Positions 47,724-64,000 of a stretch of DNA of 64,000 bases are shown here, in pieces. Numbering within the stretch: the stretch's first letter is position 1; each line of letters starts with the position of its first letter. The DNA is taken from positions 14,632,001 through 14,696,000 of the forward strand of contig NC_058382.1 in the NCBI RefSeq assembly GCF_018350175.1, in the 5' to 3' direction. Both the position numbers and the translations under genes were made by a program. Source of the stretch: Felis catus. Lineage: Eukaryota. The notes below the pieces were generated by a model. The model had not been told where the DNA came from. It saw nothing but the letters and a program-made list of their open reading frames with translations, and made no database searches.

Positions 47724-47769
<46 letters not shown>
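47724..47769 (+). repeat. (GT)23 microsatellite
   Basis: Direct read. Confidence 0.95.
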
Positions 47770-47772
<3 letters not shown>

Positions 47773-48051
47773 GCCACCTGTGTGTCACCGTAGGTGGCCG
47801 TGGCTGTGTGCCAGCTCCCTGTAGCTCTTTTGTGTAGTGGATGGTGTTCCCAGGTGTCCGTGTCCTTTTTTGGGGGTGAGGCTGAGAACAGGGGAGGCTA
47901 GAATCTGGATGAGGTTCCTCTGAGGCCCAGTCACAAGGTAGTGGCACTGGTGAACTTTGGTTCCTGACGTCTGTATCGCACATCATGGGGAGGGTGGCTG
48001 GTCACTGTTTGCCACATCCGGGGGCACAGCAGGCAGACAGACAGACAGACA

Positions 48052-48052
<1 letters not shown>

Positions 48053-48104
<52 letters not shown>
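48053..48104 (+). repeat. (AC)26 microsatellite preceded by (CAGA)n
   Basis: Direct read. Confidence 0.95.
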
Positions 48105-48108
<4 letters not shown>

Positions 48109-50363
48109 CTCTACCTGAGAAGCATGATCTATCCCCAGCTAAGGCTGCTTTTGATAATATTGAGCTGAGTGTAGGGCTGACTCAGCCTGTGATGGGCAAA
48201 GTCTGCGATGGGGTGAAAGATAGTGGGTTAAGTGGTGATTAGAGAGTTGTTTATATATTCATGTGGTTGGATTGTTCCTTTAGAGTGTGTTTGTGGGACT
48301 GTCACTGGGTCGGAGAGCCTGGGGACACTATGATTGTAGGATGGTGGGTTATGCTGTTCTCTGCTCCGGAGGAGGGGTGTCATGTGCGCCCGTGTCCCCA
48401 TGGGCTGTTTTGCTCTATGTGGCTGTGCATCTCACGTACACCCTTCCCTGGAGTTGTGGTTGTGCACCAGCCTCTATAATCTCCCTTTGGGTCTAATAAT
48501 CTGGTAAAAATCTCCATGAAGGTCCTTCGTGACCTGCCTCAACTTCTGTCCGTGCCCTGTGGTCAAGGCCTCCACATTGTTCCATAAACACATCAGCACA
48601 TTCCTGCCTCGTGGCCTTTGCACTTGCCGTTCTTCTCCCGGCGCTGCTCTCTCTCCAAATGCCCACGTGCCTATTCCCTCTCCTTCAAGTCCGCTCCAAT
48701 ACCACCTTCTCAGTGAGGCCTTCGTGAGCTCTGTCAAGGACTTTTTAAGTAAGTCTTATCATCTATTTAACAAATAATACATATAACATCTATTTATAGG
48801 CTATAATAATAATGAGTACCCATGACCCACCACCCAATCTAAGCTCTAATGTCTTACTAATGTCTTTTAGTAAAGTAACATAATTCTCCATATGCAAATC
48901 TTGCATTTGTGTTAGATTTATTCCTGTAGATAGCATCATCAACTAGTGCCCGAGACCTCCACTGCCCTTCCTGAGGGTCAGCCCGACATGCCAGGCACTT
49001 CAAGAAAGGAACTTTCTAGGATGTGTTCACACACACACACACAGGGCTGGCCATTTCCCAGGACTCTAGTGTGGGGACTTGGGCTCTGGGTGAATCACAG
49101 GTCTTCACAGTCCCAGGGTTTCCTTACAGATGTGGGGTCTAGGACACATCTGGGCAGTGACACAAGAACCAGGGCACAAAAGGTGTTGGGTGGGGCAGTC
49201 CCACAACCCGGCTGACTCACTTGAGCCTTTCACACCCCAACAGCTGAGCTTGGGCTTGCCCAGGCCTGAAAGCCATGGCTGAGCTCTGGAAGCTCTCGTT
49301 CTTGGGGAAGTGGAGAGCCTGGTGGGCTCCTCCCTCCCTGAAGCCCCCTCCCCAAGGCCTGTTTCCCGGAGCTGGGGCCCAGGCGCCTGGGTTCTTCCCC
49401 AGGACTGATGATTCACCCCTACTGGGCCCTTTTCACTTCTCCTTTGGGGCTAAAAATACAGGGACCCAGGCATCCAGCTGGACCAGGCTTCACCACGGAT
49501 TGCACAACGCCCCTAGTTTGAGTGCTGCTGACGCAGGCTCCAGGTTCGGGTGGGGGAGTGAGTTGCTCCCAGACCAGGCATGCTGAGGTCAGGGCCTAGA
49601 ACCCTTTCACTTCCCCTTTCCTTGGCTGAGGACCCTGGGGGCTGGGTTGACATTGGAAGTGTTGGGGATCCCTGGACTTGGTTGTGGCCCCTGGAAATGA
49701 AACTGCTTCCCCTAGCCCCAGTTAACCTAGGGCTCCCAGAATCTGGCCTCCTTCATAATAGACAGAGTTCCAGTTAGGAATTGGGGGCAGAAGACAGCAA
49801 AAGGGGGCTANNNNNNNNNNNNNNNNNNNNNNNNNNNNNNNNNNNNNNNNNNNNNNNNNNNNNNNNNNNNNNNNNNNNNNNNNNNNNNNNNNNNNNNNNN
49901 NNNNNNNNNNNNNNNNNNNNNNNNNNNNNNNNNNNNNNNNNNNNNNNNNNNNNNNNNNNNNNNNNNNNNNNNNNNNNNNNNNNNNNNNNNNNNNNNNNNN
50001 NNCAGGACAGCTAGAAAAGGGAACAAAATCAGAGAGACCACCCCCAAACTGGGACAGAAGCAGGAAGGATTGAAGGAGAGGGAGAGGTCAGGGATCCTCG
50101 CCCAGGCCAGGCTGGGGAGAGCCCCTGGAAGAGGTCATCAACAAGCAGTCCAAAGTGCATCCTGGGCTAGGGAGGACAGCAGGCCCCTGGGCGAGCAAGG
50201 CCCCGCCCTGCAAGCTCCCTGCTAGCCTCTGCTGCCCCCTGCTGGCTGTGGCCACAGTGCTCCGGCGGGAAGAAAAGTCAAAGACAAGGCGGCTTTGAAG
50301 TCACTCTTCATTCCCTCCCGGTCCCCTTCCCCTACGGCCTGCCCCACTCCCAGCCCTGCCAGC

Positions 50364-53300
50364 TCACAGGGTGCCCCCAGGGCCTGTAGGTGGTGCAGGT
50401 GTCTTGCCCGTGACCTTGTTGGCACAGTCCAGCAGAGCGGTGTGAATGTCCTTGGCACAGGCAATCTGGGCTTTGATGACTGCCAGGTACTGCGGGTAGG
50501 GCAGGCTGTCAGGCTGCACAGCGTCCGGTTTGGTGGCTGTGGGCACCAGCGTTGGAGAGTGCTTGGCGCTGTCGCAACTCTGGGACAGGCACTCATGTGC
50601 CAGGCGCTGTGGGCAGGTGGGCAAGGTACGGCATCAGTGTCGCTCGCCCTGCCTACTCCCAACCCCACCCCAAGGGCCAGCCTGGGGTAGCTTGCTCAGC
50701 CTCTGGACTCCCAGGGTCTTGGGGTCAGAGCCTGGCCCCCCTGCCAATCACTTGCTGGGTGACTTCCGGTGTGCAGCCTGCTCCTCTCGGAGCCTGTTTC
50801 CTTCGCTACCTCATCAGGCAAGGACGAGAACGCGTGTGAACAGAGAACACGAGAACAGTGTGAGGGCCACGGGCACTAGCACGTCACCTTAAGTGCTAAC
50901 TGATGAATGTCGGCCAGCTATTACTGTGACTGTCCTAACTGCAGCCTTTGGCACTGGCAGTGACTTCTCCGATGACACCTGCTCCTGGGTTTCCTCTTTC
51001 TTCTCTGGCTGCTCTCTCTAGACACTTCTTAGTCTACACAAGCCTTAAATGGGGGTAATTCCCAGGTCCCGTCTCCTCTCCCACCCTCAGGCACCACTCA
51101 GTTCCCACCTCTGCGCTGACACCACATCTGTGTCCCCGGCCTCCCCTGGAATTCCAGAGCTCTCATACCCTCCCCACCAAAACGTTCCTCTTCCTGGGTC
51201 CCTGTCTCAGGAGCCTGTCTTGGTGCGGCCTAGCCCCCTTGAGTCCTGCCATGGTTGCCTCCTGGGGCTCCCAGCCTCCACTCTTGGCTCCTCGAACCCA
51301 TCCTTCGTTGGGCAGCCAGAGGCATATTCCTAAAGAAGCCGGCAAGCAGGTCCACGGTCTTCTCTGCTTAAAACCCTCCATGGCTCCCCAGCGCCCACAG
51401 GGCTATATTCAAAACCCAACAAGCCCTAATGCCTCCTACACCTCAGTAGCAAAACTGAGTTTCATGACATTCCTAAAGGAGAGTTCAAGCAACAGCCTGT
51501 TCCTTCTGGCTGGATCACCTTTCTACCACCACCAGGCTTCTCAAATTCTGGTTTTTCTTTCAAAACCTAGTTCAAAATGATGATGACGACACTACAGGAA
51601 ACATTTGCCACGTGCTTAGTACCACGTTCAGCTTTTTACGTATGTGACCTTGCTGTCTTTCCCCAAAGTTAATTTCTCAAAGGAGAAACCCAAGGCTCAC
51701 AGGTGGCAATTGGTGGTCCATCTGATTCCAGAGGCTGTGCTCTTAGCCACCCCCTCTCCCCAAAACTCCTATGCCTCTTCCATTTATGTCTCAGCCTCAG
51801 CTCAGATGTGCTTTCCATCAGTAGCCCTCTCTGAGCCCCCTCTCCTTACCCTACCTTAGGCAGAGTCAGGTTCCTTCCCTGGCCTTCTACACTCCCCTGA
51901 GCTTCCACCGCTTTACTTTTTTGTTTTTTCTCTCATTTTAATCCTGACACCTCCCCTATCATATCAGGCTATGTGCCTCCCCCATCATAGCCCTGACTTG
52001 TGTGGGCTGGGCTTTTCCTATCACAGACCTGACCACCCTGAGCTGTCACTGTTTGAGGACATATGTCACCCCAGTGAACTGGAGGCTTTGTGAAGGCAAG
52101 GATCAGGACAACACTGTGTCCCCAGCATCAGCTGATGTACACATCTGGCCCACAGGAGGTGCTCAGTGTGTGTGGGTTGACTGACTGAATGAGGGTTCCT
52201 GACGACCTGGGGACTGAGGCAGGATTGTGGTGCCCCAGTGTCTAGAAGGCCCCTTACCAGGCAGAGCTCCAGCTGGTCACAGAGTGCGTAGAACTCCTCC
52301 AGACACTTGTCAAAGCGCTGTATAGGTCCGTCACTGCTCTTTCTGTAGTCCAGGAGAAGAAGGTGACTGGAGAATGGATTTCCAATCTCTGGGATGTCAG
52401 TGTCTACCCAACCAAGTATCCACCAGGAAACCAGTTTAGGCCCAGAAGCCCCAAGGCAGGGCCTAAGGGACTGTTTTAGAAGAAGCAAAAAGAGCAAGGC
52501 CAGACGCTAAGGAGTGGGGCTTGAAAATAGAAGGAAGGTGGGGGGAGGTGGATGGGAATCCGGGTATGAGTTTCTAAGACTAGGAAAAGGGGACTGTACT
52601 CACTGTCCGTTGTCAATGTTAGTGTTCTGAATCAAGTTCTGGGCTGCGACTTTCATCAAGGTCTAGTTTATAAAAAAATAAAAATGCACGAAATGGAGAA
52701 ACAGAGGGGGATGCTTTTGGTAGATCTACAGTCTTCCTTAAGATCTATTCAATTTCAAGCCTTCTCTTCACTTGGCACGTCTCCTCCTGTCAATCCAGAG
52801 TAGCACCTGTATTTTCCCAGAAGCCCGCTCTCATCCAGGGTTCTCGCCAGTAATCTCCCCGACAGATCTTAGATCCTCCTTCATCCACCAATCAAGGGCA
52901 GAATCTCTGTACAGGCTGGTCCCTTCCTCAGGCTTTAACAACCAGAGCCTTTTTGCCCCTTCAAACTCCCTCCCACTCGAGTTCTGGCCATTCCCAGGCC
53001 TAACATTCGCGCTTATCCCGCTCACACTGTAAATCAGCAGAGCTTCGCTTTGGCCTCACCAAAAGGGCCAACTCATATTCCCGTTCCCTGCCTAACGCTC
53101 CTTTGCTCTCTCCCACACTACAGAGTCCCTCTGCCCTCCCCTGTCCCCCTTGGAGTCAGAGAACCAAACCCCGCAATCTTCTCGCCGTTCCTAGCCAATC
53201 ACCTGCAGGCTCTCCTTCAACTGTGGGATGAGCATCTTATAACGCTGCACTGGATCGAAATCCTGTTGCTGTTGCTGCAAAAGCCCGCTCTGGGCAGGCC

Positions 53301-53418
53301 CCACTAGCTGTGCTGGTGGTTGCGGCTGCTGCTGGGGACCCGGGCCACCAGACGAACCCGGACCCGACACACCTGCAGCGGACGAAGCCGCAGCAGCCTG
53401 CTGCTGGGACGCAGCCAT
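50364..53418 (-). CDS. MED29: Mediator complex subunit 29 (intersex-like), 200 aa
   Basis: Exons 53418-53203 (MAASQQQAAAASSAAG...DFDPVQRYKMLIPQLKESLQ), 52662-52604, 52342-52258 (KSSDGPIQRFDKCLEEFYALCDQLELCL), 50606-50364. Confidence 0.96.
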
Positions 53419-53975
53419 CTTCCTCGCTTAGCGCGCCGGAAATACGCCACAGGCGTGTCTCTCCCGGTTTCTTTCTAGCTTCTGTGTTTCCAGGCCCTGT
53501 TTGCTCGTTAGCTCCTCCTCCCAAGCAAGTCAGCCAATGGGGGGAAAGAATGACTACCCGCACTTGACGCTCAAATAAAACGTCATACGGAGATACCGAT
53601 TCACCAATCACAAGAGGTTTTTCCTCCTTCGCTCCGCCCTTTACCCAGCTATTTACCAATCCGGGTGTGGGTCTAATACGGACTCTATTTCCCAGAAGGC
53701 CTCGCAGCTTGAGGCTACTTGTCGGGTCCTCAGCGTCTTGGCGGCAGTTGGTGGAGACGGAGCTGCGAGTCCGTCTTTGGCGCTGCCTGCGCGTTTACCT
53801 GAGTCTCTACAGGAGCTCTTCTCACCAGCCCACATCATTCCGACCCTGCTTCCTCAGAGAGCGGCGCCAACCCGAGCCTTCCCTCGGATTAGGCGTCCGC
53901 CGACGTCGGTACACCCTTCCGCCTCTCCCCGCGGCTCAGCAAGGACCCCGTCCGGGCTTCCTTCGCCTTGTCGCC
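53419..53975. promoter_or_regulatory. MED29/PAF1 bidirectional promoter
   Basis: Head-to-head ATGs about 560 bp apart; CpG island; CCAAT at 53534, 53604 and 53656; ETS CCGGAA; TTCCCAGAA at 53689-53697. Confidence 0.85.
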
Positions 53976-58483
<4,508 letters not shown>

Positions 58484-58484
58484 T

Positions 58485-58490
58485 AATAAA
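58485..58490 (+). terminator. PAF1 polyadenylation signal AATAAA
   Basis: AATAAA about 135 nt after the PAF1 stop. Confidence 0.8.
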
Positions 58491-61400
58491 GCCAGTGTCT
58501 TTCCCTTTACTCCCCCATCCAGCCCTATGGTCTCATTCGGCTTACACCTCGCCTTCCCCCCACCGCAGGAGCTCCAAGGCCTCAGGTCAAGGCCACTAGG
58601 TTTTCCATGAAATGTAGCATAACAAAGGNNNNNNNNNNNNNNNNNNNNNNNNNNNNNNNNNNNNNNNNNNNNNNNNNNNNNNNNNNNNNNNNNNNNNNNN
58701 NNNNNNNNNNNNNNNNNNNNNNNNNNNNNNNNNNNNNNNNNNNNNNNNNNNNNNNNNNNNNNNNNNNNNNNNNNNNNNNNNNNNNNNNNNNNNGAGGGAG
58801 GGTGAAATCATGGTGGTGGGGTGGGGGGGGGGGGCGTAGGGGCCTGGGGAGGGGCTGGAGCAGAAGAGGGTCAGGGTCCTGCCCGTCAGAGTGGGGCCGC
58901 CTGCGTCCTGCACACTCTGCTGTCAGGTGGGGGGGGGGGGGCAGCTCTTGCCTCCCGCTGGGTGTGGTGGGGGGTGTCCCTCACCACCTCCCAGTGCCAG
59001 GCAGAGCCTGCTCACCCTGATGGGTAGCAAAGAAGACAGGACTTGGCTGGGAGGCGGTGAGGGTCCTGTAAGAGGGACACCCTGCTGATTCCAAACGAGG
59101 TGGCCCCTGTCCATCCCACTTCCCGGGGCTATTGGGAGGGGGACTGGAGAAGCCCTGGGAGCTTGAGGGGAATGAGCAAAGGCACAGAAACATGGCGGGG
59201 CCGGGGTGGGGACTTGCATAGGTTGATGAGTGTGCAAGAGGTACATAAATAAACCTGACACCCCACCCAGCCCGGCACTGGGAGAGGAGGTGGGGACCTT
59301 AGCAGATCCCCAGGGCCACCCTCCCCCCTGGCTTCCTCCCCCTCCCTGGGCTCAGAGCTGAGGGAGGGCCAGACCNNNNNNNNNNNNNNNNNNNNNNNNN
59401 NNNNNNNNNNNNNNNNNNNNNNNNNNNNNNNNNNNNNNNNNNNNNNNNNNNNNNNNNNNNNNNNNNNNNNNNNNNNNNNNNNNNNNNNNNNNNNNNNNNN
59501 NNNNNNNNNNNNNNNNNNNNNNNNNNNNNNNNNNNNNNNNNNNNNNNNNNNNNNNNNNNNNNNNNNNNNNNNNNNNNNNNNNNNNNNNNNNNNNNNNNNN
59601 NNNNNNNNNNNNNNNNGGGTTGAGTAGGAAGAGGGGGTTGGAATAGGGGACCCTGGCTTCCCCACAGCCTGAACCCCCAAATCCCCTCCCTCCACCTGGG
59701 CCCCAGCACAACCCCTCAGCAGGAACAGAGACCAGAGGGTTTGTATGATTCCACGGCTGGGACAAATCTCTGGGTTATGATATAGTGTTTCACTTAAGTG
59801 AGGTCATGACAGAATGGGGGGTAGGGGAAGGATGAAAGAAAAAGCGGGGTGGGGAAAGAAACCAAAAACCAAACAATCCCCTTTCCCTTATTCCTTACCC
59901 CCAAGTCTTTAGCAACCAGACCCGGGAGTGGACAAGGGTGTGTTGGTTGCGGGAAGGGGATGTTAAGGCAACAGACTTCCTGACCTCACTCGCTGCCCTG
60001 GCTCCCGGCCTTCAACCACTGCATCTGGGGAGCCCGGGCTGGGGGGAAGTGGGGAAGGGCTAGGGGGTCTGGAGGAGGGGGCTCTGCCCTCTCCCCTTGT
60101 AAAATTCAGGCTCCCCCTGCCACTTTCTTGGCTCAGAGGCCTGGGGATTCTAAAAATGAGAGGGAATGATCAGAGAGAAAAACCGTTAAGAACTATATAA
60201 ATATGCATCTTAAATAGGCCTAAGAAATTAATTGTAGAGAACCTCTGATAAACAGGGCAAAAGGAAGTGAGGGAAAGGAGGGTGGCTCCTGTCCTTGCGA
60301 ATGACGAGAATGGGGAAGAAGGTGGAGAGGAGAGGAAAAGAGGCTCCTCCACTCATCCACCACCTTCACCTCAGCCCCTCCCAAATAACATCCAGGAGAG
60401 CAGGTTATGTACCCCACTTCTCTCTCCACAAATGTCAGATGGTTCTGAGCAGGCCCCACAAGATAGGGGGGAGCTGCTCCCCTGGGAGGGGCAGGGGGCC
60501 GGCAGTCTGGAGGAGGCAGGGGTGGGACGGGGCCGGGTGGGGGAACGAGGGAGGGAAGGAGGGGCAGTCGGGCTGGCCAGTCCCTGCCCCTTTATCCTGG
60601 CTGCCCCCTACCTCCCTGAGCCTCAGCAGAGACCCCTTGACGGGCCTGGGAGTGAGCAAGGCGTGTGCCAATGTTAAACAAAAGTTAAAAGGGTGAGAGA
60701 GTAGAAAAATACNNNNNNNNNNNNNNNNNNNNNNNNNNNNNNNNNNNNNNNNNNNNNNNNNNNNNNNNNNNNNNNNNNNNNNNNNNNNNNNNNNNNNNNN
60801 NNNNNNNNNNNNNNNNNNNNNNNNNNNNNNNNNNNNNNNNNNNNNNNNNNNNNNNNNNNNNNNNNNNNNNNNNNNNNNNNNNNNNNNNNNNNNNNNNNNN
60901 AGGCCCAAGAAAAGGCGCTCGGGTAGCCTGTCATCCCAGTCAGGCCCTCCCTGGAGGCTGGCCTCCCCTAGGGACCCCTCAGGTTGCTCTGAGTTGCTCA
61001 GTTCAGAGGTNNNNNNNNNNNNNNNNNNNNNNNNNNNNNNNNNNNNNNNNNNNNNNNNNNNNNNNNNNNNNNNNNNNNNNNNNNNNNNNNNNNNNNNNNN
61101 NNNNNNNNNNNNNNNNNNNNNNNNNNNNNNNNNNNNNNNNNNNNNNNNNNAGGGCGAGAGAGAAGGGAGGCGTGAGGACTGAACTGAGGTGGGAAGCAGA
61201 ACCCAGGAGACAAAGGACTGGATGGGCTGGCATGGGGGAGGGGCTGACAGGGATAAGAGGGAAAGGAGGGAGGGAGAGAGTGGCAAGAGACCGAAAAACT
61301 GCGTGAGACATGGCACACACCAGACGGAAAGTATGACCGGGCAGAGATGAAGGACACAGACGGGCCTGGGCGCGTCATGGCGCAGGCAGAGGCTTAGCAA

Positions 61401-62306
61401 TGCAGACAAAGCCTGATCAGCCGACCGAGGAAGTGACGTGAAGCTGAGGGAGCTTCCTGGAGGCCACGTGCTACATGTTGCCTTAGGCACAGTCTGGGCA
61501 TCTGCCCCAGTCACTGGGCAGCCCCGGGCTCCTGGACTCTGTATTTGGTGCAGAAGCTTCATTAGAACCCTTCCCATCCCCACTTGGACTTGCTTCTCTG
61601 GGCTGGATGTCATCTGGGCAGGCCCAGCAGGCGGGGCAAATCAGGACAGCAGCCATGGGGCTTGTCCTCAAACCACCTCTCAAAAGGGTCTCCGGTTCTG
61701 GTGAAACAACCCCCCTCCCTGAGCCGCCCTGACCCCACCCCGCAGTGCTTAAAACCCTTCCCTTGGCTCCTCACTGCTACAGGGAGGAAGCCTGAGCTTT
61801 CTGCCTGAGTTCAGAGGACCTGCTCCCCTCTCCAGCCTCACCTGTCACCACATTCCCAATGAACCCTGAGCTCAGACCATGTCAAGACACCTAATTGTCT
61901 CTCCTTAACAAAAAAATGTTTTGACCTTGGGCAAGTCACCTGAGTGTCAGATTCACGACTGATCTGATGGGAATGACACCAGCGCCCTCACGTGTGCAGC
62001 CGGGAGGCTCTGATTTGCCAGCGCAGGAGAGCTGCTGGACACACAGCGCAGCACAGAGCACGCCCGTAAAAAGAAGGGTTTCAATTTTTTGCTCGTGCAC
62101 TTCATCCATCCAGCCATTTAGCACCAGTTACAGAGGCCCACCACGTGCCAAGTCCTAGGCTAAGATGAACACAATGGCTGGGCCTCTGCCTGTGACAGAT
62201 GGCACTTCATGTAATCTCCTAAATTAAAAATCTCCACCGATTTGGCAGTTTATGACACAAAGAGCTTAGGGTCACCTGCAAATCTAATTAAAAAAATTTG
62301 GGGGGG

Positions 62307-62630
62307 GGGGCGCCTGGGTGGCTCAGTTGGTTAAGTGTCCGACTTCGGCTCAGGTCATAATCTCACAAACTCAAAGTTTGTGAGTTTGAGCCCCTAATCA
62401 GGCTCTGTGCCGACAGCTCAGAGCCTGGAGCCTGCTTCGGATTCTGTGTCTCCCTCTCTCTCTCTGCCCCTCCCCTGCTCATGCTCTCTCTCTCTCTGTC
62501 TCAAAAATAAATAAAACATTAAAAAAAATTTTTTTTTTTTTTGAGCAAACTCTACCTCCAATGTGGAGGGTCGAACTCACAACCACAACGTCAAGTGTTG
62601 CGTGCTCTACTGATGAGCCAGCCAGGCGCC
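62307..62630. mobile_element. Tail-to-tail CAN-SINE pair (+ about 62307-62528, - about 62529-62630)
   Basis: An A-tail meets a T-tail at about 62528, with SINE heads at both outer ends. Confidence 0.8.
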
Positions 62631-63341
62631 ACCCTCAGCCGCAAACGTGAGATCTCTCCAGAGGCAGCCCTTTCCAGACCAGCCGCATCTGCCTCTGCGG
62701 CCATCGAGGCCGGCAGCAGGCCCAGCACCGCCCAGGGCGGGGTCACCCCCACTTGACGAGCAAGGCAAGGTTAGCGTTCCTCTAACCTCCCTTTTGCCCA
62801 CTTCACCTCATTCTGCTCTCTCACCTCTAGGCTGGCCTGTGAACAGAGAGAAAACCGCTCTCTTACATCATCCTTTAGTGTAGACCTGATCCGAGAACTG
62901 ACTCTTGCCTGGTTCTTGCCTGAAAGAATTCCCACTGGTTCCCAGTGCACTGACAGGCAGGACTCCTCTCCATAGAGGCCTTGACGCTCTGTCTCATCCC
63001 CTCCACCCCTTCCAGACTGAGTATTTAATGAACTTCTAAAGAGATGGCGATAGAGACCAAGAAGGACCTTAAGATTGCAACACAGGGAGGGAGAGGTGAG
63101 GAGATGCAGGGCTGGGAGTAGGGGAGAGAAAGACTGAGAGAAAGCAGACAGGATCTGAGAAAGAAAATTGAAGTCGGATGGGGGAGGGTACAAGAAAACC
63201 CACGATGTGGGAAGATGGGTGCAGAGTGGCGGGAGGTATGAGGAGAGGTGAGCAGATGAGAAAGGACAGTGGGAATCGGATTGAGAGAAAGGCCACCTAG
63301 GGTGTCGCTGAGGCAGAGCCCCATGGGTAGGGGCAGTTTAC

Positions 63342-63855
63342 CTGGAGGGAACATGAGAATGGCCTGGGGCGACGAATGGACCGGGAGGGAGTGGGTGCGC
63401 TGCACAGAGCTGCGGCTCTGGCTGGGCATGCTGTTGCTGCCTCCGGGGTTGGCAAACCACAGGTTCTGCACGGGGCACGGGAAAAGAGAAAGTGGTGAGC
63501 TGAGAGGGAAGAGTCCCAGGCCCAGGTGCCATGGAGCTGGCAAAGGAGCCTCTCCCTTCCACGCCGGGCCCAGATGCAGAGATATGGACACACACAGCCC
63601 AGGCACCACCACCCCAAACCCAGAAGTGCCACGTCCTCTGCTTCCAACCGGCTCACCTGTCGGCCCTGGCCCCCAAGACTGGGGCTAGTGAGGGCATGTC
63701 GCGGGGAGATGCCCCCAATGCCCGAAGGGCTCAGAAGGCCCATCCTGCCGGGCGGGAGGGCCCGGGGAGGCATGGGGAACTGCCGCTGGGTCCGCCGGGC
63801 TACCCCCATCCCCACAGAGCCAGCTATGGGAAGCGAGTTGGAGCCGAACGCCCAG
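63342..63855 (-). CDS. SAMD4B: Smaug homolog 2, two visible near-terminal coding exons
   Basis: Exons 63855-63657 ([39 protein letters not shown]...QGRQ) and 63465-63342 ([41 protein letters not shown]). The remaining coding exons are probably inside N-gaps; the 3'UTR runs toward PAF1. Confidence 0.88.
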
Positions 63856-64000
63856 CTGTGAGACAGAAGGCAGGGTGTCAGTTTAGGTGGATGGGGATGG
63901 GGCCCCTCTGTCCGTCCCTTCCTCACCTCCCCCCACAATCCCCATGGGAAGGACAGAACACAGACCTGCTCCGCGCAAGGACTCCACGTCCAAGCCCTTG

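Noticed and set aside
60435-61613. 392-aa ORF
   Set aside because: Open only because it runs through two N-gaps; lies in SAMD4B intron and 3'UTR.

Overview
Eukaryotic, gene-dense, GC-rich genomic DNA from a carnivore, most likely a felid (abundant feline-type CAN-SINEs). It is syntenic with human chr19q13.2. Gene order: SUPT5H (-, 5' half), an intact three-coding-exon interleukin-15-like cytokine gene (IL15L, -), RPS16 (+), PLEKHG2 (-), an intron-containing tRNA-Ile(TAT) (+), ZFP36/tristetraprolin (-), MED29 (-), PAF1 (+) and the 3' end of SAMD4B (-). I derived exon boundaries by hand from GT/AG sites and reading-frame continuity. The main finding is the hidden gene at 17588-19023 (-), which the ORF track does not show as a unit. 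It splices into an uninterrupted 136-aa secreted IL-2/IL-15-family cytokine with a signal peptide, the LYTP, CFxxEL and CxxCE motifs and retained IL-15Ralpha-contact residues, but it apparently lacks the IL-2Rbeta contacts. From memory, this gene was described in some mammals and is a pseudogene in human and mouse, so it is poorly characterised rather than entirely unknown. Seven N-gaps are present; they probably hide the RPS16 TSS and the last two SAMD4B coding exons.
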